Positions 28,201 through 37,631 of a DNA stretch of 64,000 nt are shown piece by piece; position 1 is the first letter of the stretch; the number at the start of each line of letters is the position of its first letter. Below the pieces are notes generated by a model. That model did no database searches, was not told the origin of the DNA, and saw nothing but the letters and a program-made list of their open reading frames with translations. The position numbers were made by a program, and so were the translations under genes. The stretch is from an uncultured Candidatus Rokubacteria bacterium (GTDB lineage Bacteria; Methylomirabilota; Methylomirabilia; Rokubacteriales; CSP1-6): assembly GCA_963771355.1 (NCBI GenBank), contig CAVYTA010000004.1, forward strand, positions 192,001-256,000, written 5' to 3'.

Positions 28201-30975
28201 GCGATCAACGTGAACGCCGGCGGCGGGGGCACCGGCGCGGCGGCGCTCGGGGGCATCACCACCGGGTCGGGCGGCGCCATCACGGTGTCGACGAACACCG
28301 GCGGCAACACGACCGGCGGCTCGATCACCCGCGCGGGCAGCTCACTCGATACCGGCGCCGGGTCGGTGGTGCTGACGGCGCCCACGACCGGGGCGAGCAG
28401 CGTCGGCACTGCCGCTGCCCGCATCCAGACCACATCGGGGTCGGTTACCGCCACCGCGGGCTCCGGCGGAATCTTCGTCACCGAGGCGGACGGCGCGAGC
28501 TTTCAGGGGACCGCCGCGGGGGCAGGGCAGGTGAATCTCGCGAGCACCGTGGGCACGCTCGCGATCGCGGCGCCGACGACCACCGGAAGCGGCGCGATCA
28601 CCCTCGCGAGCGGGGACGCGGTGGCGTTGAACGAGAATGTCGGCGGCGGCTCGGGGACGATCACGGTCAACGCGAACACGAACGGGGCGGGACCGGAGGG
28701 CTTCACCCAGAGCCCCGCCGCGAGCATCACGACAACCAACGCCTCGGCGACCGCGGTACAGGTGAATGTCAACGCCGCCGCCGGTGGGACCGGCGGGGCG
28801 GCGCTCGGAAACGTCACGACCGGCTCGGGCGGGCGGATCACGGTGGCCACGGATACCGGGGGCAATACCACGGGAGGCTCGATCACCCAGAGCGCCGGTC
28901 TTCTGCTTGGCACCGGCACGGGGTCGGTCATCCTGAGGACGCCGACGGCGGGGACGAGTGGCATCGGCGCGTCGGGCGCCGCCATCCAGACCACGGCGGG
29001 CACCGTGACCGGGACCGCGGGGTCGGGGGGCGTCTTCATCACCGAGACCAACGGGGCGAGCTTCACCGCGACGGCAACGGGGGCGGGACCGATCAGCCTG
29101 ACGAGCCTCGCCGGCACCCTCACCATCGCCGGCGCGACGACGACCGGCAGCGGGCCGATCACGCTCGCCAGCGGCGACGGGGTCACGGTCAACGCCAACC
29201 TCGGCGCCGGCGCATACTCGGGCCCTCTCGCGATCAGCGCCAACACCAACGGGGCGGGCGCGGAGGGCTTCACGCAGGCGGCCGGCGCCGCCATCGCCAC
29301 GACCGATGCTTCGGCGAGCGCGGTGGCGATCGCAGTGAACGCCGCCGGTGGCGGCACGGGCGGAGCCGTGCTCGGGAACATCACCACTGGCTCCGGAGGC
29401 ACCATCGCCGTCGGGACCAATACGAGCGGCAACGTCACGGGTGGGTCGATCACCCGGACCGGCGCGACCGTTCTCAATGCGGGGACAGGCGTGGTTGCGC
29501 TCGCGACGCCCGGGGCGGGGGCAAGTGGCGTCGGCACCGCGGGGACCCCGATGCAGACGAGGGCGGGCACGGTGGTGGCGAGCGCCGGCTCGGGCGGGGT
29601 GTTCATCACCGAGACCGACGGAGCGGCTTTCACGGCCACGGCGACGGGGGCGGGGCCCATCACGCTGACCAGCACCACGGGAACCCTCGGCATCGCGGGC
29701 GCCACCGGCACGGGGAGCGGCAACATCACGCTCTCGAGCGGCGATGCGGTGTCGCTGAGCGCGAACGTGGGGGGAGCCGGCTCCGGTACGGTTACCGTCA
29801 ACGCCAATACCAACGCCGCGGGGCTGGAGGGATTCACCCAGAATCCCGGCGGCAGCATCACGACCAGCAATGCCACTGCGACGGCGGTGCGGGTGAATGT
29901 GAACACCGCCGGCGGGGGAACGGGTGGCGCCGTCCTCGGCGACATCGCCACCGGCTCCGGCGGCACGATCACGGTGCGCACGGACATCGGTGGAAACGCC
30001 ACCGGCGGATCGATCGGCCAGCCGACGGGCGGACTCCTGCAGAGTGGCCCGGGCGCCGTGGTACTGGCGACCCCCTCCGGGGGAACGAGCGGCATCGGCA
30101 CCGCGGGAGCGCCCATCCAGACCGCGACGGGAGCGGTGACCGCGACGGCTGGGTCGGGGGGCGTCTTCATCACGGAGACCGACGGGGCGAGCTTCACGGC
30201 GACGGCGACGGGTGCGGGACCGGTCAGCCTTGCGAGCACCACGGGCACTCTCACCATCGCCGGCGCGACCAGCACCGGAACGGGCTCCATCGCGATCAGC
30301 GGCAACACGATCGTCCAGAACGCGAACCTGACCACGGGCGGGCCGATCACGGTGACGGCGGCGGCCGGACCCATCACGATGGCCGGCGGCTCACAGAGCA
30401 CGGCAGGCGGGAACGTCACCTATCAGGCGGCCGGCGACATCACCCTCCGCTCACTGACGAGCGGCGCCGTGGCGGGGGTGACGTCGACGGGTGGATCCAT
30501 CCTCGACGGCAATGCCGCCGCGCTCAATGTCTCGGCCGGCACTACCGCGCTCCAGGCCGGCGGCGTGATCGGAACGCTCACCGACCCGCTCGAGATCGCG
30601 GTGGCCGGCCTCGCCAACGTCAACGCCAACGGCGCGCAGTCGGGAGTATCGGTCAACATCAACGGGACGACGGGTGACAATACCCTGCAGTTCCCCCTCA
30701 CCGTGCCCGGCCAGATCTTCTTCAACGGGGTTCTTCTCTTCCCGATCGCCCCGCCGGTGGCTCCGGTTGTCCCGCCGCTGGCGCCGGGCATCCCCACGCT
30801 GGCACCGGGTGTCCTTCAAGGCGCCAGCCTTGGCGTCTACGAGCAGGCGATCGCCTCGTGCGAGCTGAGCACCGGCATGGACGCGCTGGTGCGACTGCCG
30901 ACCGCCTGCCGGCCGGGGGTGAGCGCCAAGCAGGAGCTGGCGGCTCCCCTGCCGGAGCTCAGCGAGTCCCCGTGA
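25273..30975 (+). CDS. TpsA filamentous haemagglutinin-like exoprotein, 1900 aa
   Basis: Signal peptide, TPS domain (W.SF.I..GE.V.F.QP, NRV, G.L.ANG.I.LINP.GI), GGFVEVSG, GTLLLDP, G/A/T-rich repeats. Confidence 0.92.
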   Translation: MRRPRVSSRTTFTGFLPPPVRRGLASLLAVLFATGPAWGLPHGAVVVSGNATVSRTGPSTLQVVQVGGPVVIQWSSFSIGAGELVRFLQPGQASLAVNRVAAGNASVVMGQLLANGRIVLINPAGITVGAGGLIKVAGLVATTLELRDADLRTGRLLFEQGPGQLATILNQGTITVVPGGVVALVAPGVINRGTITAELGSVHLASGRQLIVDFAGDGLVRFAVDGALVGAPASTEARTEFPGVRNEGRIRADGGLVELTAKTAGDVLNGVVNNSGIVEARSLVNRGGVVRLIGGDDAAATATASGAIRPAGVVRGIVSNTGTIDVSAREAGAAPGQVLLVGERVGHVGTIDARGADGGRGGEVGIATTERSVLLPGSAIDVSGVGHASAGRVTVWSDQETTAATGATILARGGEQGGHGGFVEVSGGVGLSFDAAVDARAPAGATGTLLLDPRNITVRTTGGVAYNPGVNNLFGNNLGATTVITPASINAAAANVILQANSDITVTDPIAMANAAVGLTMQAGRSIMVNANVATNNGPISLTANSPGATLADRAAGAGGITMAVGTAINAGSQPISLSVGGLAGGTPGDIAARGLTSSAGGILLSTPNNLALSGVVNAGSGPVTIQTNTDGAGAQNFLMNAGSSIATTSTAANAVTINVNAAAGGTGTATVRDISTGAGGGITVRTDTGGNLTGGAITQSSGTLQSGGLLLSSPNAVTLSGVVNAGAGPVTIQTNTDGIGAQSFLMNVGSSIATTSTANAVAINVNAAAGGTGTATVRDISTGTGGIITVVTNTGGNTTGGTITQVAGTTLAGGAALSSANAVTLNGAINAGPAAVAIQANTDGAGAESFTMATGSSITTTNTGAGAVAINVNAAAGGTGTATVRDISTGAGGGITVRTDTGGNLTGGAITQSSGTLQSGGLLLRSPNAVTLSGVVNAGAGPVTIAANTDGVGNQTFTMGAASTITTTNASAGAVAINVNAGGGGTGAAALGGITTGSGGAITVSTNTGGNTTGGSITRAGSSLDTGAGSVVLTAPTTGASSVGTAAARIQTTSGSVTATAGSGGIFVTEADGASFQGTAAGAGQVNLASTVGTLAIAAPTTTGSGAITLASGDAVALNENVGGGSGTITVNANTNGAGPEGFTQSPAASITTTNASATAVQVNVNAAAGGTGGAALGNVTTGSGGRITVATDTGGNTTGGSITQSAGLLLGTGTGSVILRTPTAGTSGIGASGAAIQTTAGTVTGTAGSGGVFITETNGASFTATATGAGPISLTSLAGTLTIAGATTTGSGPITLASGDGVTVNANLGAGAYSGPLAISANTNGAGAEGFTQAAGAAIATTDASASAVAIAVNAAGGGTGGAVLGNITTGSGGTIAVGTNTSGNVTGGSITRTGATVLNAGTGVVALATPGAGASGVGTAGTPMQTRAGTVVASAGSGGVFITETDGAAFTATATGAGPITLTSTTGTLGIAGATGTGSGNITLSSGDAVSLSANVGGAGSGTVTVNANTNAAGLEGFTQNPGGSITTSNATATAVRVNVNTAGGGTGGAVLGDIATGSGGTITVRTDIGGNATGGSIGQPTGGLLQSGPGAVVLATPSGGTSGIGTAGAPIQTATGAVTATAGSGGVFITETDGASFTATATGAGPVSLASTTGTLTIAGATSTGTGSIAISGNTIVQNANLTTGGPITVTAAAGPITMAGGSQSTAGGNVTYQAAGDITLRSLTSGAVAGVTSTGGSILDGNAAALNVSAGTTALQAGGVIGTLTDPLEIAVAGLANVNANGAQSGVSVNINGTTGDNTLQFPLTVPGQIFFNGVLLFPIAPPVAPVVPPLAPGIPTLAPGVLQGASLGVYEQAIASCELSTGMDALVRLPTACRPGVSAKQELAAPLPELSESP
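27109..30300 (+). repeat. Intragenic tandem repeats of TpsA: ~107-aa units, then ~188-aa units
   Basis: L(S/N)G..NAG units start at 27109, 27430, 27748, 28069 (spacing 321/318/321 nt); GSGG.F.TE..GA.F at 28459, 29020, 29587, 30151 (561/567/564 nt). Confidence 0.85.
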
Positions 30976-30985
30976 GGGTCCTCGG

Positions 30986-32113
30986 TCAGCGTGGGGGCCC
31001 CCGCCAGTCGCGGTAGAAGATCGCCGACTGGACGCGCGCGAACTCCACGAGCCCGCGGTCCTTGGCCAGCACCGCGTCCAGCCGCTCGAGATCCCCCGCG
31101 TCGCCCTCCCGCCAGTAGAACGCCGTGAGCTGAAGGCCCCGCGGCTTGAGCGCGGGCGCGATGTGGTAGGAGGCGCCCGGCGGCCCGCTGCGTCCCGGCA
31201 GTCGCCGGCGCTCGCCGAGCGATCCCTGGAAGACGTAGAAGGCGTCGTCGGGCGGCAGGAACTGGAGGCGATAGTCCGGCTCCGTCCGGCCCTCGGTGAT
31301 GTCCTCGGCGCCCAGCAGCGGCCGCTTCTCACCGGAGATCAGGTAGCGCAGCGAGGCGGCGCCGGGTGTCCCCATCATCCGGTGGGACACGCGCCCGGGC
31401 TGATGCGGGTAGAGCACGTTGGAGCGAACGGACACGTCCAGCACCACGCGCCCGTCGGGGGACAGGATGGCGTCGCGACCAAAGAGATAGGTGTGCATGT
31501 GATTGTGCTGCTGGAGCATGAGGGCCACCGGCTTGGCACGCCGGTCCAGGGCGACAATCGCCGCGGGGTAGTGGTCGAGCTGACGCCAGTCCTCCGGCGA
31601 GGCCACGCGCTCGATCAGCCACTCCTGCCAGGCCAGCATGCCGGCCGGCAGCCCCGAGCGGCGGAACACCGCGTGATAGGTGAGGAAGGTGAACGGCTCG
31701 ACCACGGGGCCACCTTCCGTCTCGAACGTCACGTCCTCCTGGTCCACGCGCCCGTACACGGTGGGAGTGCCCGGCCGGCCCGAGGGCTCGTGGACGAAGA
31801 CCGCCCCGGGATCGCGCTTGTGAGCATTGAGGGCCAGCCGGTCGAGCGGGCCTGACACGCGGCGGCCCGCGCCGTCGGTGAGATGGCCTTGCGGGACATA
31901 GTCCACATAGAAATCGATCAAGCCGGGATGGTCCGGCGGCAGCAGGAAGTGCGGCCGATGCCGACGGAGCAGGGCCTGCTCGACGGGGCCGGCGGCCGTG
32001 GAGGCCGGCGGCGATTTCGCGAAGTACTCCGCGAAGCCCGGCTCCTGAGAAAAGCTGTTGCGCCCGTTGCCGCAGCCGGCCAGGCCCACCGACAGAGCCA
32101 GCAGCAGCGCCAT
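30986..32113 (-). CDS. Hypothetical lipoprotein
   Basis: MALLLALSVGLAG-C lipobox at ATG 32113; the upstream part of the 1065-aa track ORF is an antisense shadow of selD. Confidence 0.72.
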   Translation of the reverse strand: MALLLALSVGLAGCGNGRNSFSQEPGFAEYFAKSPPASTAAGPVEQALLRRHRPHFLLPPDHPGLIDFYVDYVPQGHLTDGAGRRVSGPLDRLALNAHKRDPGAVFVHEPSGRPGTPTVYGRVDQEDVTFETEGGPVVEPFTFLTYHAVFRRSGLPAGMLAWQEWLIERVASPEDWRQLDHYPAAIVALDRRAKPVALMLQQHNHMHTYLFGRDAILSPDGRVVLDVSVRSNVLYPHQPGRVSHRMMGTPGAASLRYLISGEKRPLLGAEDITEGRTEPDYRLQFLPPDDAFYVFQGSLGERRRLPGRSGPPGASYHIAPALKPRGLQLTAFYWREGDAGDLERLDAVLAKDRGLVEFARVQSAIFYRDWRGPPR

Positions 32114-32134
32114 GATACGCTCGGTCACGACGTC

Positions 32135-34377
32135 ATGATGACCGCGGGCGGCGAAATTCGCCACGATCTCGTGCTGGTGGGGGGCGGTCATACCCATGTC
32201 CAGGTGCTGCGGGCCTGGGCCATGCGCCCCGTGCCGGGGGTCCGGCTGACCGTGGTGGTGGATTGGCCCGAGGCCGTCTACTCGGGGATGGTGCCCGGCT
32301 TCGTGGCCGGCCAGTACCGGCGTGAAGACCTCGAGATCGACGTCCGCCCGCTGGCCCTCCGGGCCGGAGCGCGCTTCATCGTGACCCCGGCGGTGGGCCT
32401 GGACCCGCGCGAGCGGCTCATTCACCTGGCCGGCCGGCCCCCGCTGCGCTATGACACGGCCGCCTTCGACGTGGGCTCGACGGTGGCGGGCCTCGCGCTG
32501 CCCGGCGTGCGCGAGCACGCGCTGGCCTCGCGGCCCATCGGGCGCTTCGTGGAGCACGTCGAGGCCCTCGTCGCGCGGGCGCGCGAGCGCGGGCGCTGCC
32601 GGCTGGTGGCGGTGGGCGCGGGCGCGGGCGGCGTGGAGCTGGCCTTCGCCTTCCGGGCGCGGCTCGAGCGGGAGGGCGTGCGCGAGGCCTCCGTGCTGCT
32701 GCTGGAGTCGGGCCCGCGCGTGCTGGCCGGCTATCCCGCCGGCACTGCGCGCCGGGTGGAGGCCAATGCCCGCGCGCGCGGCATCGAGATCCGGCTGGGC
32801 GCGCGTGTGGCCGAAGCGCGCGCGTCGGAGCTCGTGCTGGCGGACGGTCAGGTCGTCCCGTTCGACGCGCTGGTGTGGGTGACGGGAGCGGCGAGCCTGC
32901 CGCTCTTCCACGGGGCGGGCGTGGCGCTCGACGAGCGCGGCTTCGTGCGCGTGCGCCGGACGCTCCAGCTCCTGGAGCACGAGGACATCTTCGCGGTCGG
33001 CGATTGCGCGAGCCTCGAGGGCGCGACGGATCTGGCCAAGGCCGGAGTCTACGCCGTGCGCGAGGGGCCCGTCCTCACCGCCAATCTCCGCGCCCGCCTC
33101 ATGGGGCAGCCGCTGGAACCCTATCGCCCCCAGCGCGATTTCCTGTCGCTGCTCAACCTGGGGGACGGACGCGCCATCGGCAGCAAGTGGGGCGTGAGCT
33201 TCGAGGGTCGCTGGGTGTTCCGATTGAAGGACTGGATCGACCGGCGCTTCATGGCGCGCTTCCAGGTGCTCGCGGCCGACGGCGCGCTCGCCCCCGAGTT
33301 CGCGCCTCTGCCCGCGATGCCTGGCGCCGAGGTGGTCTGCGGCGGCTGCGCGGCCAAGGTGGGCGAGTCCACCCTCAGCCGCGCGCTGGAGCGACTGGGC
33401 GTGGCGAGCGATCCCAGCGTGGTGCTGGGCCTGGGCGTGCCCGACGACGTCGCCGCGGTGGCCACCGAGCGCGGCGAGATCGTGGTGTCGAGCGTGGACG
33501 GGTTCCGCGCCTTCACCGACGATCCCTATCTCGTCGGCCGCGTGGCCGCGGTGAACGCCGCCAGCGACCTGTGGGCGAAGGGGGCCACGCCCCGCTGGGC
33601 GCTGGCCTCGGTGGAGATCCCGGACCTCGAGCCCGCGCGCGCGGAGGAGACCTTGTATCAGACGCTGGCGGGCGCGCGCGCCGCGCTGGACGCGGACGGC
33701 ATCACGCTCGTGGGCGGGCACACCACCAGCGGCGCCGCGCTCCACGTGGGCTTCGCGGTGCACGGAACCGCGCCCTCCGCCGACGCGCTGATGCGCAAGG
33801 GCGGCGTCTCGCCCGGCGAGCGGCTCATCCTCACCAAGCCGCTCGGCACGGGCGTGCTCTTCTTCGCCGACATGCGCGGCCGCGCGCGGGGCGAGTGGAT
33901 GGAGGCCGCGATCGCGTCCATGGTGCGCAGCAATGCCGCCGCCGCGCGCGTGGCCCGGGCGCTGGGCGCCACCGCCTGCACGGACGTGAGCGGCTTCGGC
34001 CTGGCGGGCCACCTGGGTGAGATGCTCCGCGCCAGCAAGTGCGCGGCGATCCTGGATCTGGCCGCCCTGCCGCTCCTGCCCGGCGCCGGCGCCCTGCTGG
34101 CCCGCGGCGACCGCAGCACCTTCCACCCGGAGAACGCAAAATCGCGACGCGCGCTCCGTATAGACGCGGGCGCGCAAGCCCATCCGGCGCTGGACATCCT
34201 CTTCGACCCGCAGACCTCGGGCGGGCTTCTCTTCGCGGTGCCCGCCGAGCGCGCGGAGGCGGCGCTGGCCGCGCTGCGGGCCGCCGGCGATGGCGCGACG
34301 CCGCCCTGATCGGCGAGGTCACGCCGCCGCGCGGCGATCAGGCGCTGTTCGAGGTGGTGGCGCGCTCTACTTCGTAG
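32135..34377 (+). CDS. selD: Pyridine nucleotide-disulfide oxidoreductase-like domain fused to selenide,water dikinase SelD; apparent frameshift near 34295
   Basis: LVLVGGGH.H, YSGM.PG, KDWIDRRFM, then CGGCAAK, DD.A, GGHT, LTKPLGTG, TDVSGFGL.GHL.EM, DPQTSGGLL; frame stops at 34309 and the tail AALIGEV continues in another frame to 34377. Confidence 0.88.
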
Positions 34378-34867
34378 CCGGGCGCGCCGCGAGGCCCATC
34401 ACGCGGCCCACCTGCGGCAGGCGCGGCAGCGCGTCGTGGGCGGCCTGGGCCTGGGCCAGCCGCGCGAGGATGGCCGGTGCCATCGGCGCGCCCCGGCGGG
34501 TGGCCTGGCTCACGTGCAGCGACATCAGCTCGTTGGTGGCGGCGAGATAGCCGGCGTCCGCGTGGAACATCTCGTGGATGTAGTGGATGCGCTTGGCGTC
34601 GTGACCGAGGAGCCGCGTGGTGAAGCGCAGCGGATCACCCTCGCGGACCTCCTGATGATAGGTCACGTGGGCCTCGAGGCAGAAGGTGGTGACCCGATGC
34701 GTGTCGCGGTGCGCGGCATCGAGCCCCACCCAGCTGAGCCACTCGTCCGTGGCGAGGTCGAAGACCACCACGTAGTAGCCCATGTTCATGTGCCCGTTGT
34801 TGTCGATCCACTCGGGGCGCACACGCGTGCGGTAGCGGTCGAAGGGCGCGGGAATCGGCTCGGTCAC
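34367..34867 (-). CDS. Hotdog-fold thioesterase family protein
   Basis: VRPEWID.NGHMN..YY...FD; GTGA overlap with the ogt stop. Confidence 0.85.
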   Translation of the reverse strand: MTEPIPAPFDRYRTRVRPEWIDNNGHMNMGYYVVVFDLATDEWLSWVGLDAAHRDTHRVTTFCLEAHVTYHQEVREGDPLRFTTRLLGHDAKRIHYIHEMFHADAGYLAATNELMSLHVSQATRRGAPMAPAILARLAQAQAAHDALPRLPQVGRVMGLAARPATK

Positions 34868-35370
34868 GGAAGGAGCGGGCGCTGGCGCGATTCGAGGGCG
34901 AGGAGCGCCCGCTTGATGGGAAGCCCGCCGCCATACCCGGTGAGGCTGCCGTTGCTGCCGATCACGCGGTGGCAGGGAATGACGATGGGCAGCGGGTTCT
35001 GGCCGTTGGCGGCGCCCACCGCGCGCACCGCGTTCGGCCGGCGGATGCGCCGCGCCACTTCCCCATACGCGCGTGTTTGTCCATACGGGATCTCCGCCAC
35101 CGCGCGCCACACCTTCACCTGGAAGGGCGTGCCGTCGAGCGCCAGCGGCAGGTCGAAGACTTCGAGGCGGCCCGCGAAGTAGGCCTCGAGCTGACGCCGC
35201 GCGTCCGCGAAGGGGCGCGGATCCTCATGCCAGGCCGGATCCGGCGTCATCCGACCCGGCCCGCTCATGAAGTAGATGAGCGAGAGCGCGCCCGCGCGGC
35301 CGGCCAGGAGCAAGCGGCCGATGGGGCTGTCCAGGTAGGCAAACTGGGTGGCGGCGGTATCGCTGGTCAT
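34864..35370 (-). CDS. ogt: Methylated-DNA--protein-cysteine methyltransferase
   Basis: GTPFQ..VW, IPYG, RAVG.ANG.NP, PCHRV. Confidence 0.95.
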   Translation of the reverse strand: MTSDTAATQFAYLDSPIGRLLLAGRAGALSLIYFMSGPGRMTPDPAWHEDPRPFADARRQLEAYFAGRLEVFDLPLALDGTPFQVKVWRAVAEIPYGQTRAYGEVARRIRRPNAVRAVGAANGQNPLPIVIPCHRVIGSNGSLTGYGGGLPIKRALLALESRQRPLLP

Positions 35371-35441
35371 ACGGTTTCTGCTATCTTACCCGATGCTCGG
35401 ACAGCCCACGCCCGGCTCGAGCGAGCCCAGGGAGGTGCGTC

Positions 35442-36590
35442 ATGCGCTCAATGTGGAGTCTGGTGCTGATACTCGGGATGGCCACCGCCGCCGAAGCCCA
35501 GCTCGCGATCTCCGTGAACGACAACAAGGTGGTGCTGGTCAACGGCGCCGTCCAGGTGGTGCAGAACCCCGCCCCCGACACCCTGACCGTGCTCGACCTC
35601 AAGGGGGGCTCGCCGAAGGTGATCGCCGAGATCCCCGTGCCCGCCAGCGTGGTGGGTCCGCCGCTGTCCGTGGCCATCACGCCGGACGAGGGGCTGGCGC
35701 TGGTCACCTCTGCCATGAAGGTGGATCCCGCCGACAAGACCAAGACCATCAACGACAATCGCCTGTCGGTGGTGGATCTCTCGTCGAGTCCGCCCCGGTT
35801 GCTCGGCACGATGGAAACGGGCGCGTCGCCCGCCGGGATCTCGATCAACCGGCAGGGTAATCTCGCCCTGGTGGCCAATCGAGGCGAAGGCACCGTCTCG
35901 GTCTTCACCATCTCCGGCAAGACCGTGAGCGGGCTGGGCAAGATCGCGGTGGGGCCGGCCAACGGGGGTCCGAGCCACGTGGCCATCACGCCGGACGGCA
36001 AGATGGCGCTGGTCACCCGCGACGGGGACAGCTACATCTCCGTGCTGTCCATCGACGGCACCAAGGTCGAGTACACCAAGCGGGATCTCGCCGCGGGGCT
36101 CCGGCCCTACGGGCTCGACATCAGCAAGAACGGCGCGGTGGCGGTGGTCGCCAATATCGGCCGCGGCCTCGGCGACAACGACAGCGTGAGCGTCATCGAC
36201 CTCAAGGCCCGGCCGCCCCGCGTGGTGGAGACCATCTCGGTGGACCAGACGCCCGAGGGGATCAAGCTCTCGCCGGACGGCACCTTGCTGGGCGTGATCG
36301 TGATGAACGGGAGCAACAAGCCCAAGGAGTCCCCCTTCTACAACGACTCCGGCAAGCTCCTGCTCTATCGCCTCGACGGCACGCGCCTCCTCGGGCTCGG
36401 GGCGGCGTGGATCGGCCGCTGGTCGCAGGGCGTCGCGTTCTCGCCCGACAACAAGGTGATCCTCGTGGGCAACATGGTGGAGCGGAACGTCCAGGTGCTG
36501 CGCTGGGACGACGTCTCGCTGAAGGACCTGGGCGAGCGCATCAACGTCAACGGTGGCTCGGCCGCAATCCGCACCGCGGACAAGCCGTAG
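35442..36590 (+). CDS. Exported YncE/YVTN-type beta-propeller protein
   Basis: Signal peptide, repeated AITPDG / VAN...TVSV blades. Confidence 0.82.
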   Translation: MRSMWSLVLILGMATAAEAQLAISVNDNKVVLVNGAVQVVQNPAPDTLTVLDLKGGSPKVIAEIPVPASVVGPPLSVAITPDEGLALVTSAMKVDPADKTKTINDNRLSVVDLSSSPPRLLGTMETGASPAGISINRQGNLALVANRGEGTVSVFTISGKTVSGLGKIAVGPANGGPSHVAITPDGKMALVTRDGDSYISVLSIDGTKVEYTKRDLAAGLRPYGLDISKNGAVAVVANIGRGLGDNDSVSVIDLKARPPRVVETISVDQTPEGIKLSPDGTLLGVIVMNGSNKPKESPFYNDSGKLLLYRLDGTRLLGLGAAWIGRWSQGVAFSPDNKVILVGNMVERNVQVLRWDDVSLKDLGERINVNGGSAAIRTADKP

Positions 36591-37621
36591 CCCCGCGCTC
36601 GCCGCTCGCCTCCTGGTTCGAGGGCGCCGCCGCCGAGGACGCGTTCCGGCGGCACCGGCTCGGCGCGCGGCCGGCGCTCCTGTCCCCGCGCGACCGCGCC
36701 TGGCGGGCGATCGCGCCCGCGTTCGCCGACTGCCTCGCGCTGGCCGAGGCGGGCTCGCCCTTCCAGACCGCGGTCGAGCGGCGCTATGACCGCTCGGCCG
36801 ACCGCCGCCGTCTGCCGCGCGCGCTGGCCGCGGGGGAGTCGGTGTTCTTCCCCCAGGTGCACCAGGTGCTTCCGCGCCTCATGCGGCTCATGGTGGCGCT
36901 TCGTGCCAGCTTCCTCGGCGGGGGCCGCGAGGAATGCTCCTTCCTCTTTCTCGCCGAGGGGCGCGGGCGCGAGGCCCTGGGCCTCCACCACGACGGCGAG
37001 ACGGATGCCTTCTGGCTCCAGCTCGAGGGCCGGCGCCACCTCACGGTCGGCCCGCCCGTCCCGCGCGGCACGCCGGAAGACCTCGACCCGCGGGTGATCC
37101 CCGCGCGTCGCGCCGGGAGTCCGCAGCCCTCCGGCGGCTGGTGGTCGGGGACGCTGGGGCCCGGCACGCTCTTCTATCTACCGCCGCGCACGCCGCACCG
37201 GGTGGTCTATCACGGCCGCTCGCTCGCGCTGTCGCTGACGTGGAAGCGGCCGGGGCGCCGTGCTCGGCCCGATCCCGCCGCGCTGCTGGACTGGGACGTG
37301 GCGCCGGGCCGCGCCGATCGCGTGCCGCCCGCGAGTCGCGACCGGCTCTGGGCTCAGGCGCCCGCGCTGGCGGGCCACCTGCGCCCCGGCGCGCGCGCCT
37401 TCACGCTGCGCGTGCCCGGCGGCGCGCTGAGCTTGCCCGCCTCCGCGCATGCGCTCGCGCGCCGGCTCGCGGTCATGCCGTGGTGGCAGGGCGTGCCGGT
37501 GCCGCCGCGCGGGGGCGCGCTGGCCCTCCTCCTGGCGCACGGCCTCATCGCCCGCCGCGATCTTCCGCTCCGCATCGTCCCCGCGGAGCCGAAGGCGCTC
37601 GACGGCTGGCGCTTCGCCTGA
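36591..37621 (+). CDS. JmjC/cupin-4-like Fe(II)/2OG oxygenase (start uncertain)
   Basis: LHHD...F.LQLEG and L.PG..FYLP..TPH.V give HxD...H; no canonical start just after the upstream stop. Confidence 0.6.
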
Positions 37622-37631
37622 GCGGGCGTCC

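Noticed and set aside
25273..32113. Contact-dependent inhibition toxin/immunity locus
   Set aside because: No VENN or pretoxin motif, no toxin domain, and the downstream gene is convergent rather than a small co-oriented immunity gene.
32135..34309. Selenocysteine read-through at the selD TGA (34307-34309)
   Set aside because: The active site already has Cys, and the missing C-terminus lies in a different frame, so a frameshift explains the stop.
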